From the IMG/VR virus record IMGVR_UViG_3300020045_008535, positions 1 to 48,532 of that record: DNA of 48,532 nucleotides, one strand, 5' to 3'. The stretch comes from a virus (Duplodnaviria > Caudoviricetes). Made by a program: the position numbers and the translations under genes. Below are positions 9,493 to 20,535 of this stretch, piece by piece; position 1 is the stretch's first letter; the number at the start of each line of letters is the position of its first letter. Below the pieces are notes generated by a model. That model saw only the letters and a list, made by a program, of their open reading frames with translations. It was not told the origin of the DNA and did not search any database.

Positions 9493-11523
9493 ATGCAAAC
9501 ATTTATAGTCCCAACAACATTTACGGCAAGCGACAAGTACTCAAAAACGCTTGATTATATGGGTGCTAAAACCAAAAGTTTTGCAAGTGGTTTGCATTCT
9601 ACCGCAACAGCAAGCGAGAGTTTATTTAGAAAATTAACGCCAGGTTTAAGCGATGTAAGTAAACAATTTTTATCCGTTGCTAGTACCGCAGCAATAACGG
9701 CAGGCGTAATTGCAGGAGGCCGTTGGTCTATTGATGAGATAATGAAATACGAAGACGAGTTGGCAAACTTGCAAGCCGTTACAGGTGCGACAGATGCTCA
9801 ATTTGGAGTTTTCAAAAAAAATATTAACCAAGTGGCATCCGAGACAAAAAAGAGTTCTGTCGAGGTTGCTCAGGCCTTTACAGCAATTGCAAATAACCAA
9901 CCCGAGTTATTAAAAGATGCGGATGCGTTAGGTATGGTTGTAAAACAAAGTATTTTATTAGCCAAAGCAGCAAAGATTGATTTACAGCCTGCGGGCGAAG
10001 CGGTTACACAAGTATTAAATCAATATGGTAAGGGTGCAGAGTATGCCGCTAAATTAGTAAATGTTTTGGCCTCAGGTTCTGTTGCAGGTAGTTCAGAGAT
10101 TAGAGATACCGCAGAGGCAATAAAACAATTTGGTACTGTTGCAGCAACTGCGGGTGTACAAATTGATGAGTCGGTTGCATTAATTGAATTGGGTTCTAAA
10201 TTTGACAAAGGTGCTGAGGCAGGTGTTAAGTTTAGAAATATTTTGCTTAATATGACAGGCGCAAAAGTTTTAGATAAACTTGCGTTAAGAGATCTGAAAA
10301 AAGCAGGTGTAAACCTTGATATTGTAAGTAGTAAAACACTTCCATTAAATACACGTTTATTGGAAATGTCTAAAATAGCAAAGGACACAAATGCTATTAT
10401 GCACGTATTTGGAAAAGAGAACGCCGCTATGGCTGCGGGTGTTTTAACCAATGCGGGAGCATTTGCAGAGATGCAAATGAAAGTTAACACAATTGGAGAA
10501 GCCGAGCGTATGGCTGCTAAAAATTCAGATACATTGCGAAATAAAATAGAGGAAGCAAAAGCCTCTTTTGTAACTTATTTAACATCAAGTGATAATTTAA
10601 GTTCGGGATTAAATCAAGCAAAAAGTATAATGGGATATGTGGCAACTCATATTGATGATATTGTTAGCGCTGGAATAAATTTAATTAAATTTTTTGCTTT
10701 ATGGAAAGCAGCAAACGTTGCTTTAAACCTCTCAACTAAATTATTGAGTGCAACAAATACTGCGTTTTATATTGTGGACATGGTTAAGTATGTTGCAGCA
10801 ACGCAAGGAATGACATTCTCAACTGCCGCATGGACGGTTGCTCAGGAGTCATTAAATGCGGCCATACTAGCAAATCCGTTAGGCGCATTTTTAATAACAA
10901 TTGGTTTAGTTGCAGTTGCATTATATGGAGTGAACAAAGCAATTGAGGCATTTGATGAGCCATTAAATAAATCATTTGAACGACAAGAGCAATTACGACA
11001 AGAGGCTTTTAAAGTTCAGGATTTACGTGACAAATATTTAGGTTTAGGAAAGTCATTAAAAGAGGCTGAGGCATTAGCCTTACAGGGTTCTAAAATAACG
11101 ACTATAACTCAAGCAAAAGAGGCAAGGCAAAAATTAGAATCTTTAGACCCTGAGGTAAGGCAACAGGGAGTTGATGATATGTTTCAAATTCAGCAAAAAG
11201 CAGAACGTTTCAAAAAAGGCGATATGTTTACAAAAGATATTGGTCAACGTTTTGCAAATAGTATGGATACAAAAAGTTTTGTTCCTCAACTTGCTCAAAC
11301 TGAAATGGCAACATCTAAAGATTGGTTAAACATGAAGCCTTCTGTTAGTACAAAAGTTGCTCAATCAGAAAGCAATGTTAATGTTAATAATACTAATAAA
11401 AATGAATTGAAAGTTACGTTTGCAAACCCAACAGAGTTAGGCGCAAAAGTTGAGGGAGAAAATAAATCGATAAGTATGTTGCCAAATACAACATCAACAG
11501 TAACTTTACAATCTGCTAAATAA
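9493..11523 (+). CDS. tail tape measure protein (TP901-like core)
   Basis: Ala/Gly-rich helical protein, GAEAGVKFRNIL motif, hydrophobic ANPLG segment. Confidence 0.92.
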   Translation: MQTFIVPTTFTASDKYSKTLDYMGAKTKSFASGLHSTATASESLFRKLTPGLSDVSKQFLSVASTAAITAGVIAGGRWSIDEIMKYEDELANLQAVTGATDAQFGVFKKNINQVASETKKSSVEVAQAFTAIANNQPELLKDADALGMVVKQSILLAKAAKIDLQPAGEAVTQVLNQYGKGAEYAAKLVNVLASGSVAGSSEIRDTAEAIKQFGTVAATAGVQIDESVALIELGSKFDKGAEAGVKFRNILLNMTGAKVLDKLALRDLKKAGVNLDIVSSKTLPLNTRLLEMSKIAKDTNAIMHVFGKENAAMAAGVLTNAGAFAEMQMKVNTIGEAERMAAKNSDTLRNKIEEAKASFVTYLTSSDNLSSGLNQAKSIMGYVATHIDDIVSAGINLIKFFALWKAANVALNLSTKLLSATNTAFYIVDMVKYVAATQGMTFSTAAWTVAQESLNAAILANPLGAFLITIGLVAVALYGVNKAIEAFDEPLNKSFERQEQLRQEAFKVQDLRDKYLGLGKSLKEAEALALQGSKITTITQAKEARQKLESLDPEVRQQGVDDMFQIQQKAERFKKGDMFTKDIGQRFANSMDTKSFVPQLAQTEMATSKDWLNMKPSVSTKVAQSESNVNVNNTNKNELKVTFANPTELGAKVEGENKSISMLPNTTSTVTLQSAK

Positions 11524-12017
11524 TGAGTTTTGATTTAAAAATAATAGAAACGGGAAATGGAGGTGATTTTGTCAACCTTGGCAACGACCTTGAAATAACT
11601 GATACCATTTACACAATGGTTTATCTTTCATTGTTTGGTGGTAATGTTGAGGAAAGCACGGTTGAGGGGTTTGTTAACCCTCAGTCATTTGATTATTGGG
11701 CAAATAAATTAATGTTTGGAGATGATCCATCGCAGCAATTTAATTCAGAGACAGAGCGCACCTTAAATAATACACCTCTTAATACTTCTGCGGTTGATAA
11801 AATATCTGACGCTGTTAAAACTGATTTAATTTATTTAAAAAAACTTTTTAAAATAACAGTAAAAGTTACATTACCATATATTAACCAAGTAAAGATTGAA
11901 ATATTTTTTGAGGGAATTGAAAACTCAAATAAATATGTTGTTGTTATTAATTTAAGAAAAGAGAACAACGGAGATTTTTCAATATTTGATTTTACAATTG
12001 ATGATTTTTTAATATAA
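11523..12017 (+). CDS. baseplate protein (Mu gp46-like)
   Basis: GNDL...TMVYLSLFGG...YWAN...SETE; precedes baseplate J. Confidence 0.75.
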   Translation: MSFDLKIIETGNGGDFVNLGNDLEITDTIYTMVYLSLFGGNVEESTVEGFVNPQSFDYWANKLMFGDDPSQQFNSETERTLNNTPLNTSAVDKISDAVKTDLIYLKKLFKITVKVTLPYINQVKIEIFFEGIENSNKYVVVINLRKENNGDFSIFDFTIDDFLI

Positions 12018-13192
12018 TGAATAACATTCCAACACTACAACAAATAAAAAACGATATTATTGCGGACATACAAACGCAGTATGGTAATACTATATCGCCA
12101 ATCGGAAAAGTATTTTTAAGAGCACAAGCGGCGGTAAGTGCTGGCAAAATTTGGTCATTATACATGGCACTTGCATTTGTTCAGAAAAACATATTTGTCG
12201 ATACTGCCGACCCTGCTGAAATGGGTGGAACGTTAGATCGTTTTGGGTTTGTTAAATTGGGGCGTACACGTTACCAAGCGACTTCGGGTGTTTATAAACT
12301 ACAAGTCACTGGCTCAATAGGCGCGACAATACCTGCGTCAACTACTTTTAAAAGCGATGACTCAAGTTTATCGCCTGGTTATTTATTTGTATTAGATGCG
12401 GCTTATACGTTATTATCAACAACAGATACTATTGATGTAAGAGCATTAACGGCAGGCATTGAGAGTAAATTAAATGTTGGCGATACGTTAACATCTACAA
12501 CACCAATTGCGTTGGTTAATTCTTTGGCAACAGTTGGGGTAATAACAACACCGCCATTAGCGGCAGAAAGTGTTGAGGATTATAGACAAAAAATCATTGA
12601 CAGTTATAGACTTGAGCCTCAGGGAGGCGCTGCAACAGATTACAGGTTATGGTCTGCCGATGCTCAAGGTGTTGAACGTGTTTATCCTTATGCAACAAGT
12701 GGTACACCATCGTCGGTTGATTTATATATTGAGGCAACTATTGCTGATTCTACAGATGGAAAAGGGACTCCATCCGCAACATTATTAACGGATGTTGAGG
12801 CTGTTGTAAATTTTAATCCAAATACAAGTTTAGCTTTAAATGAACGTGGCCGTAGGCCTTTACAGGTTGTTGTTAATTATTACCCGATTGTTATTAAAGA
12901 TGTTGATATAACAATTAATTCATTTGTTGGGTTAACTCCCGCAATACAAGCCGCATTGTTAACGGCGATTACAAGTATGGTTAATAAGATACGCCCTTAT
13001 GTTGATTCGGCAGATGTTGTTAGTGAGCGCAACGATACAATTGATCAAAATAAAATAATAAGTGCAATATTAAATAATCAGCCAGGGTCTAGTTTCGGAA
13101 CAATTGGAATTACTGTTGATGGAAATCCCGTAACAAGTTATATGTTTGTATTAGGTTCTATCCCTAACTTAAATTCAATTACCTATGTTTGA
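12017..13192 (+). CDS. baseplate J / Mu gp47-like wedge protein
   Basis: FVDTAD, ESVEDYRQKI, PQGGAATDYRLW motifs. Confidence 0.92.
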   Translation: MNNIPTLQQIKNDIIADIQTQYGNTISPIGKVFLRAQAAVSAGKIWSLYMALAFVQKNIFVDTADPAEMGGTLDRFGFVKLGRTRYQATSGVYKLQVTGSIGATIPASTTFKSDDSSLSPGYLFVLDAAYTLLSTTDTIDVRALTAGIESKLNVGDTLTSTTPIALVNSLATVGVITTPPLAAESVEDYRQKIIDSYRLEPQGGAATDYRLWSADAQGVERVYPYATSGTPSSVDLYIEATIADSTDGKGTPSATLLTDVEAVVNFNPNTSLALNERGRRPLQVVVNYYPIVIKDVDITINSFVGLTPAIQAALLTAITSMVNKIRPYVDSADVVSERNDTIDQNKIISAILNNQPGSSFGTIGITVDGNPVTSYMFVLGSIPNLNSITYV

Positions 13193-13868
13193 TAAATTAT
13201 TAAGGTTATCCAAAATATTATTTCCGACTGGTCGAGCATTTAAAATGTTCGATGGTAGTGAATTTGAGAAATTAACTAAAGCACTTTCTAAAAGTGAGGA
13301 AAGGTTTTATAACGATTCAAAGTTTTTATTATGGGCTATATTGCCAGATAACTCAAATTTTACGGCAGATGATTGCACAGATTGGGAAAGGCGTTTAGGT
13401 TTAGTTTATAGTCCGTTATCAAGTGTTACCGATCGTAAAGCTGCAATTTTACGTAAGTTAAATGCGCCAGGGATTAACCCTGCAAAAGGTCATTATTTGA
13501 ATTTAGAACGTGAATTAAATTTGGCAGGTTTTAACGTAAAGGTTTATGAAAATATACCTGTAACAGATCCATCGACGGCAGGGTGGACTATTTTAACAAC
13601 TCCTGTTCAATATGGCAACGGTAATCAATATGCAACAAGTGTTCAGTATGGTGTAAATTTTAGTAATAAAATAGCAAACCATATTGATGAAAGTATGGAT
13701 TTGGATTTTAATATTGGAGGTGATTATCCTTGTGTTTTTTTTATAGGTGGCGCAACGGTTGGATCAAGTGCAAACGTGCCATTAGTTAGAAAAAATGAAT
13801 TTAGAGAATTAATTTTAAAAATAAAACAAGTACAGGACGTTGGGTTGTTGTACGTAAACTATATATAA
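13185..13868 (+). CDS. baseplate wedge protein (Mu gp48/YmfQ-like)
   Basis: LFPTGRAF and DWERRLGL motifs; follows J. Confidence 0.85.
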   Translation: MFDKLLRLSKILFPTGRAFKMFDGSEFEKLTKALSKSEERFYNDSKFLLWAILPDNSNFTADDCTDWERRLGLVYSPLSSVTDRKAAILRKLNAPGINPAKGHYLNLERELNLAGFNVKVYENIPVTDPSTAGWTILTTPVQYGNGNQYATSVQYGVNFSNKIANHIDESMDLDFNIGGDYPCVFFIGGATVGSSANVPLVRKNEFRELILKIKQVQDVGLLYVNYI

Positions 13869-13870
13869 TT

Positions 13871-14857
13871 ATGTCAAAAGGATTAGAAAATTTAGTTAAC
13901 ACATCGGCTGTAAATGCCGATTATCCATGGAAAAATATTAAAGATAATGACGGTTCTGGAAATGGAACTCCATTAGATCAAATTAGCCACGCTGATTATC
14001 ATCAAACATTTAGAAAAATATTAGCTCTTGCTGGCATTACTCCAAATGGTTTGCCTGATAATGTAACTAATGGTTATCAGTATGTTGAGGCATTTAAAAA
14101 AGTATTAAAAAAATATACGGGCGTTTTAGTTATTGATGTTACAACTTCATTAAGTATTTCAGATATAGGAAAATTAATTATTGTTAGTGGCGCAACCGCA
14201 GATATAGATGTTTTTCTTCCAATAACTTCAACTATAAATGATGGGGATTGTTTTACTGTTTTTAATAATGGTGACTATAATGTTTCCGTCAGAAGAACTG
14301 TTCCTGATAGTTTTATATTAATTAACGGAAGTGCATTAGCATTAAATTTAACAAGCCCTCATGATTTCGCTGAGTTTGTTGCAGATAAAGGTAATACAGA
14401 TTGGTATATACCAAAATTTAAAATAACACCAAAAGTTAAAACAGTAATAGCAAAAACAAATGGTACTACATTTTCAGAGGTTGGGTCTTTAGCAACTGCA
14501 ATATTCTTATTTCAAACAGAGATAAAAGATGTTTATAATACTTATGATTCATCAATAGGAAAATTTATTCCTAATGTTGCTGGGTGGTATGAGGTTAATG
14601 TTAATGCTTTATTTAATATTGCCGCTTCTATTTCAAACTATACTATTGAAATGGCGTTATATAAAAACGGTGTTTTTTTAATTATGTTACATACTTCTTA
14701 TCCGTATAATGGAGCATCTGAAATATTAAAAATGGATGGTGATTATATTTTTGAGGCTAATGGTACAACTGATTATTTTGAGATTAGATTAAATACATAT
14801 AATCCCCAAACATGGGGAATGAAAGGTAATATTTCTTATAAGTTTATAGAAGGATAA
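13871..14857 (+). CDS. tail fibre / receptor-binding protein with C1q-like C-terminus
   Basis: Fibre-type N-terminus (GTPLD, AGITPNGLPDN); YDSSIGKFIPNVAGWY and NGTTDYFEI. Confidence 0.75.
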   Translation: MSKGLENLVNTSAVNADYPWKNIKDNDGSGNGTPLDQISHADYHQTFRKILALAGITPNGLPDNVTNGYQYVEAFKKVLKKYTGVLVIDVTTSLSISDIGKLIIVSGATADIDVFLPITSTINDGDCFTVFNNGDYNVSVRRTVPDSFILINGSALALNLTSPHDFAEFVADKGNTDWYIPKFKITPKVKTVIAKTNGTTFSEVGSLATAIFLFQTEIKDVYNTYDSSIGKFIPNVAGWYEVNVNALFNIAASISNYTIEMALYKNGVFLIMLHTSYPYNGASEILKMDGDYIFEANGTTDYFEIRLNTYNPQTWGMKGNISYKFIEG

Positions 14858-15651
14858 TGTTATTAAATATAGACACGACAAATATTTCAGAGCACGCACA
14901 ACGGTTAGTTGACATTAACCGCTCTGCACTTCCTGTGTCTATACGTGGAACACTTAATGATGCGGTATATGATGTTAAGACACGCACCATGCCAAAAAGT
15001 GCTCAGGTATTTAAAAAGCGTCAAAATAATTTTTTTAAAGCTAATAGCAAATTTGATAAAGCAACAGGGTTTAATATTAATAGCATGAAAGCAACTGTTG
15101 GTTTTTACGAAAATAAATTAGTTCATGCCAATACAAATTATGCAGTAAAAGAGTTGGAGGAACAAGAGCATGGCGGCGTTATAGAGCATAAAGCTTTTAT
15201 TGCGATGAAGCCTGCAAGGGTTGGTAATAAAATGGTTCGAGCAAATGCAAGGTTAGCCGCAATTAAAGATAAAATTGTAAAGACCTCAAAAGTAGGAAGA
15301 GGAAAAGGCGGTAAATTAATAAGCGTTAAAAGTAAAAAGCAACAGTTTATCCGTGCTGCTTTTTTTGCTGAAAAAAAATATGGTAAATCTGCGTTTGTTT
15401 TAGGAGGCCGTTCCTCAGGTGGCGGAAAAACATTATCTTTAATAAATGAGATTCGAGGAAGTGGTCGTTACACAAAAAATAAATATAATTTAGAGATAAC
15501 ACGCACCCCATTATATAGTGTTAAAAAAGGTAGGGCGGTAAGTGTTAACCCAACTAATTTTATGAAACGTGCAAGTTTAGAAACAGGGTTACAAATAAAT
15601 AAATTTTTTATTGCTCAGGCAGAAAAACAATTTAATAAATTGAGGAAGTAA
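14857..15651 (+). CDS. basic neck / tail completion protein (gpZ-like)
   Basis: Highly basic; RGTLND start and PTNFMKRA end. Confidence 0.55.
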   Translation: MLLNIDTTNISEHAQRLVDINRSALPVSIRGTLNDAVYDVKTRTMPKSAQVFKKRQNNFFKANSKFDKATGFNINSMKATVGFYENKLVHANTNYAVKELEEQEHGGVIEHKAFIAMKPARVGNKMVRANARLAAIKDKIVKTSKVGRGKGGKLISVKSKKQQFIRAAFFAEKKYGKSAFVLGGRSSGGGKTLSLINEIRGSGRYTKNKYNLEITRTPLYSVKKGRAVSVNPTNFMKRASLETGLQINKFFIAQAEKQFNKLRK

Positions 15652-15652
15652 A

Positions 15653-16879
15653 ATGAGTTGGATAACTAAAATAAAAAATGGGTTAACTATAACAACGGGA
15701 GATGGTAAAAAATTCAAACCGTTTTATATAGATGCTACTGCAAATAAAAATATTGAGTATAATAATACTTTATTTGATTTTGTTAACTTACCTGGCACTT
15801 TAGCAGATAGGCGTTTGCCAAAAGGGGCAAGGTATAATTTAGAGTTTGGATTTCAGGGTTTAAATCATTTAGATGACGCTCAATCATTTGTTGAGTCTGC
15901 GGCAAATACAAAATATTGGACTTTGCAACACCCTCAATATGGCGTGTTGTATGTGCAGCCATTTAGTTTAAATCAGGATAATAGTGATTTAAACATTAGT
16001 AAATTTACAATCCCAATAATTGAAACAATTATTGATGATGTGGCTAAAACAAAAATTGATCCCGTTGATGATATTGCTGTAAAAAAAGAGTTAATTGATG
16101 CAATTAGTGCGGAGGCTGTAACAGAGGAATTAACGGAGGCAGATAAAATATCGGTTAAAAATACAAACCTTAAAAATTTTAATTTAAGTGTTCCGATAAT
16201 TAAATTACCAAAAGAATTTCAGCAAATAATGAACGCATTTAGTGCCGCCAACTCTGCAATTGATTCTGTTACTGCAAACGCAACAATTGCAATGGCTGCT
16301 GCAACAAGTTTAATAACTGCGCCTGCAAAATTTACGGCTAATGTTCAAACTAGAATAAATGATTTTAAAAGTCAGTTTATTGCACTACAAGGAACAATTG
16401 TTGGTGTTACTAGCGTTAGCTCAAAACAAGTTTATCAGCACTTAGGCGCAAGTATTTTGTCATCAATGTGTTTAACTGCATCTTTGCCAGGTAATGGCGA
16501 TTATACAAACGCAAAAAGAGTTTCAGAGATAGTTGATTCTATTAACGAAACATACAGATCGTATTTATTAGATTTAGATTCATTACAATCTCTTAACGGA
16601 GGAAACCCGTTAAGTTATTTGCCAAATTATCAAGTGGTTGTTGCGTTAAACGATATTATAAATACAACAATATCATATTTGTATAACGAGGCAATTGGAT
16701 CGAGAAAAGAAAGGTCTATTATTTGTGAATACGATACTAGTATTATATTATTAGCACACAGGTTTTACGGTTTGGATCCAAATGATAAAAATATTGCTGA
16801 GTTGATTGAGAATAATAATTTGTCAATTGATGAGTATATATTAATAAAAAAAGGAAGAAAAATTGTTTACTATATTTAG
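15653..16879 (+). CDS. Mu gpN-like DNA circularization / tail protein
   Basis: WTLQHPQYG and C-terminal LAHRFYG...N LysM-like end. Confidence 0.75.
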   Translation: MSWITKIKNGLTITTGDGKKFKPFYIDATANKNIEYNNTLFDFVNLPGTLADRRLPKGARYNLEFGFQGLNHLDDAQSFVESAANTKYWTLQHPQYGVLYVQPFSLNQDNSDLNISKFTIPIIETIIDDVAKTKIDPVDDIAVKKELIDAISAEAVTEELTEADKISVKNTNLKNFNLSVPIIKLPKEFQQIMNAFSAANSAIDSVTANATIAMAAATSLITAPAKFTANVQTRINDFKSQFIALQGTIVGVTSVSSKQVYQHLGASILSSMCLTASLPGNGDYTNAKRVSEIVDSINETYRSYLLDLDSLQSLNGGNPLSYLPNYQVVVALNDIINTTISYLYNEAIGSRKERSIICEYDTSIILLAHRFYGLDPNDKNIAELIENNNLSIDEYILIKKGRKIVYYI

Positions 16880-16882
16880 CAA

Positions 16883-18004
16883 ATGGATTTAAAAATAAGT
16901 CATAGGTTAGCGGTGCCTCAAAAATTTGAGCATTATAACAAAGTAAATATTGTATTAAAACACGATTCAGTTGGTAGTGTTTTCTCTTTTGACATTCGTT
17001 TTGATCCTCAAGACCAAAGGCAAGCAGAATTATTTGCCACCTCTCATTATCACGAGGCAATTGTTTCGCATAATGGCGAAACTTTAATAACAGGCTTTAT
17101 TATAAATCAAAAATTTAAGTCCTCAGCAAAAAAACACCCAACAACTTTGGCAGGGTATTCAAAGCCTGGCACTTTAGAGGATTGCGATGTGCCTCCTGAG
17201 TTGTACCCATTGCAGGTTGATGGGTTAACACTTAAAGAGATTGCGGAAAGAATTTGCGCACCATACAGAATAAACGTGGTAGTTGATTCAAGTGTTTCAA
17301 GTTTAGTAAATAAATCTATTAGCAGCACAACACTTGATGAGTCCTCTAATATTAAAGAGATTTTGACAAAGTTGGCAACCCAACGTAAAATAATTGTTAC
17401 ACATAATGAGTTTGGCGATTTATTATTTACAAAGGCTAACACAATGGGTAAAGCTTTATTTAATGTTAATGAGGGATTAATTGGTTATGACATGGACTTG
17501 GTTTTTGATGGCCAAAAATTACACAGTCACATAACAGTTATGAAAGAGGCAGATTCGGAGGGTGGTAATGCGGGAGAAATAACAATTAAAAATCCTTACG
17601 TCCCTGTTGCATATACATACAGGCATAAAGTTTATAAGCAAACCTCAGGTGATGATGTTACTTTGAGTGAGTTTGCGAGACAATGTTTACAGGCTGAGTT
17701 AAAATCGGCTATAAGATTAATTGTTAAAACAAATACTTGGACGGTTGATGGAAAAATAATTAGGCCTAATAATACGATTACGGCCGAAGACCCTGAGTTA
17801 TACTTATACAAAAAAACAACATGGTTTATTGAGGAAGTAAATTTTGAGGGTACAGAGGAAAAACAAATTACAACATTAAACTGTGTATTACCTTGCGTTT
17901 ATGATGATAGTGAGATTGAGAATATTTTTATAAATGCGCACGAGAATTTCCCTCGTTATAATTTTAGTAAAAACAATACCCAAAAATCAACTTTTAAATT
18001 ATGA
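16883..18004 (+). CDS. baseplate hub (Mu gpP-like)
   Basis: LITGFI, GYSKPGTLEDC, TLKEIAERICAPY, IIRPNN motifs. Confidence 0.85.
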   Translation: MDLKISHRLAVPQKFEHYNKVNIVLKHDSVGSVFSFDIRFDPQDQRQAELFATSHYHEAIVSHNGETLITGFIINQKFKSSAKKHPTTLAGYSKPGTLEDCDVPPELYPLQVDGLTLKEIAERICAPYRINVVVDSSVSSLVNKSISSTTLDESSNIKEILTKLATQRKIIVTHNEFGDLLFTKANTMGKALFNVNEGLIGYDMDLVFDGQKLHSHITVMKEADSEGGNAGEITIKNPYVPVAYTYRHKVYKQTSGDDVTLSEFARQCLQAELKSAIRLIVKTNTWTVDGKIIRPNNTITAEDPELYLYKKTTWFIEEVNFEGTEEKQITTLNCVLPCVYDDSEIENIFINAHENFPRYNFSKNNTQKSTFKL

Positions 18005-18531
18005 TAAATTTAGTTAAAGTTATATCAACTGAAATAAAAAACTCAAAGTTATTTGTTAAGATTTTAAGGTACGGCAGAAGCGATATTCAAACGCCTAAGC
18101 AGGTTTCTCCTTATGGCGTAGACAGTAACCCCGTAAAAGACATGGTTGCTGTATATGCAAAATGTGGATCGGATAACAACAACGTTATTATTGGGTACAT
18201 AAATAAAAACTCAATTGCTAAGGTTGGCGAACTGCGCTTGTTTAGTACGGATGCGGATGGTGCTGAAAAGTTTTATTATTATTTGAAAGATGATGGTACA
18301 ACTGAGATTGGCGGTAACTCAAATTTTGCCGTTAAGTACAATGAATTAAAATCGGAATACGATAAAACAAAAAATTATTTAACAACACTTAAAACGGCCA
18401 CAGGTGCAGTTGCAACGGCTCTTGATAGTTTGGTGCCTGGCACAAGCGCCGCATTTAATGCCGCTATGGCAAGTCAGGTTGTTGGGGATTTTTCTCAAAC
18501 TAAAAACGCAAAAATAAAAACTATTGGTTAA
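18001..18531 (+). CDS. baseplate spike (Mu gp45/gpV-like)
   Basis: PYGVDSNP and GELRLFS; follows the hub gene. Confidence 0.75.
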   Translation: MINLVKVISTEIKNSKLFVKILRYGRSDIQTPKQVSPYGVDSNPVKDMVAVYAKCGSDNNNVIIGYINKNSIAKVGELRLFSTDADGAEKFYYYLKDDGTTEIGGNSNFAVKYNELKSEYDKTKNYLTTLKTATGAVATALDSLVPGTSAAFNAAMASQVVGDFSQTKNAKIKTIG

Positions 18532-18545
18532 TTAAAAATAAAACT

Positions 18546-18553
18546 TAACTTTG
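18546..18553 (+). promoter_or_regulatory. -7 promoter element upstream of gpW/portal
   Basis: TAACTTTG just upstream of ATG 18559. Confidence 0.45.
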
Positions 18554-18558
18554 TTAAA

Positions 18559-18876
18559 ATGGTAGTATATACAAGCGCATACGAATACATACATAAAACT
18601 TCTGATTTATTAACTCAAATTAATAAAATTAAAGAAGTTATTTCCGCATTAACACAGGCAATGTTAGATGGGGCACCAACAGGAAATATACTTGAGTACT
18701 CTCTTGACACGGGTCAGAGTAAAATAAAAACAATTTACAAAAGTTCAACAGCAATAGTTGACCAAATTGCTGCACTCGAGAAACTTTGTGATATTTATAT
18801 TGTAAAATATAATAAAATAAATAACGGAAGTATTGTACGCCTTGTTGATTCTAAAAACTTAAAAGGATTTTGTTAA
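18559..18876 (+). CDS. head-tail adaptor (gpW-like)
   Basis: EYSLDTGQS hairpin between helices; directly before the portal gene. Confidence 0.7.
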   Translation: MVVYTSAYEYIHKTSDLLTQINKIKEVISALTQAMLDGAPTGNILEYSLDTGQSKIKTIYKSSTAIVDQIAALEKLCDIYIVKYNKINNGSIVRLVDSKNLKGFC

Positions 18877-18879
18877 GCA

Positions 18880-20535
18880 ATGAATAAATTAGAACAATTT
18901 TTTAATTGGGCTGCTAAAAAAGCGGCAAGTAAAGAGCCCGAGCAAAAGGCATTTTTTAGACCTGACAGAAGTAACAGAGGTTACGTAAATTATCAATCTT
19001 ATTCATTTGATGGTGCAAAAAACTTGGGGGAAGCTGGGCCAATTATAGATTGGCATTTGGATAAAGATGGTTTAAGGCTGCGTTCATGGCAATCTTATAT
19101 TGAGAGTGAAGTAACTCAAACCATTATAACAAAACTTTTAACTTGGGTAATTACAGGAGGTTTGAAATTAAATAGCGAGCCCGCAAAGGGAGTTTTGGAA
19201 AGTGAGGGTATAAAATTTGATCCATTAGAGTTTTCAAAACAAGCCGAACAGCGCTTTAATTTATTTAAAGAATCTGAAAATAGTGATTATGCAGGTATGA
19301 CAAACCTTGACACGATTGCAAATGAGGCTGTGTTAAACGCATTTGTTGGCGGGGATTGTTTGGTAATATTAAGGTATGATAAAACAAAGGGAGTTAATGT
19401 TCAGATAGTAGATGGGGCACACGTTAGAACGCCAATTGCTATGTCTTACAGCATACAGGAAAACGGCGTTTGCATACGTGATGGAATTGAGATGGATACC
19501 AAGGGCAAGCATATTGCTTATTGGATTGTAAATGAGAAAAATGAGCCCGAGCGTGTTGAGGCATTTGGTAAAAAGTCAGGTTTGAGAATGGCATTCCTTT
19601 TTAAAATGAATGGTTACAGACTTGATGAGCACAGAGGTATGCCGTTAATTTCGGTTGTGTTGGAGAAACTTAAAAAGATGGAGCGTTACGAAAGCGCAAC
19701 ATTGGCAAGTGCTGAGGAAAGGGCTAAAATTGCATATTTTATACACAATACAAAACAGGCAACAGGCGAAAGCGTTTTGGCGGCTCAGTATGCAAAAGCC
19801 TCTGCGTTTGATGATAAAGATGATGTTCCTATAACAGATGATGGAAAAACATTAGCAAATACAATTGCCGTTTCAACAAATAAACAGGTATTTAATATGC
19901 CGTTGGATTCTGAGTTAAAAGCATTAGAGAGCGACGTTGAATTAAATTACAAAGACTTTTATACAACAAACATTATTGCCGTGTGCGCCGCTATTGGTAT
20001 GCCGTACCAAGTTGCTTTCTCTTTATATGAGGGCAATTATAGTGCAAGCCGTGCAGCGTTAAAGGATTGGGAAAACACAATTAAAATTTTACGCAAAAAA
20101 ATACAAGTTGGTTTTTATCAACACATTTATAATTTTTGGTTAGAGGTTGAAATATTAAATAGTAAAATTGATGCGCCTGGTTATTTTATGGCAAGGATGA
20201 AAGATAATACTATGGTTATAAATGCGTACAGGAAAGCCCGTTTTGTTGGCGTTAACGTGCCGCATATTGATCCATTAAAAGAGGTTGCAGCAATGAGGTT
20301 GGCGTTAGGTAATAATGCGGATGGAATGCCATTGATGACATTAGAGAATGCAACGGAGTTACTTAATCAAAGTGAGAGCGAAGAAAATATGTTACGTTTT
20401 TCTGAGGAAATAAAAAAGGCCGCAAAACTTGGGATTAAAAGTGAGCCCGTGCAACCTGTGCAAGCGGGAGCCGTAAAGGTTGTTAATAATAACAATAAAG
20501 ATGGTAAAAAGAAACCCGCAAAAAAAACCAGTTAA
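18880..20535 (+). CDS. portal protein, lambda family
   Basis: LRLRSW, DGIEMD..G, RGMPL, NYSASRAAL, HIDPLKEV. Confidence 0.95.
   Translation: MNKLEQFFNWAAKKAASKEPEQKAFFRPDRSNRGYVNYQSYSFDGAKNLGEAGPIIDWHLDKDGLRLRSWQSYIESEVTQTIITKLLTWVITGGLKLNSEPAKGVLESEGIKFDPLEFSKQAEQRFNLFKESENSDYAGMTNLDTIANEAVLNAFVGGDCLVILRYDKTKGVNVQIVDGAHVRTPIAMSYSIQENGVCIRDGIEMDTKGKHIAYWIVNEKNEPERVEAFGKKSGLRMAFLFKMNGYRLDEHRGMPLISVVLEKLKKMERYESATLASAEERAKIAYFIHNTKQATGESVLAAQYAKASAFDDKDDVPITDDGKTLANTIAVSTNKQVFNMPLDSELKALESDVELNYKDFYTTNIIAVCAAIGMPYQVAFSLYEGNYSASRAALKDWENTIKILRKKIQVGFYQHIYNFWLEVEILNSKIDAPGYFMARMKDNTMVINAYRKARFVGVNVPHIDPLKEVAAMRLALGNNADGMPLMTLENATELLNQSESEENMLRFSEEIKKAAKLGIKSEPVQPVQAGAVKVVNNNNKDGKKKPAKKTS

Noticed and set aside
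10020-10490. Long minus-strand ORFs (also 17107, 21544, 32136, 41415 and others)
   Set aside because: Antisense shadows of well-supported + strand genes
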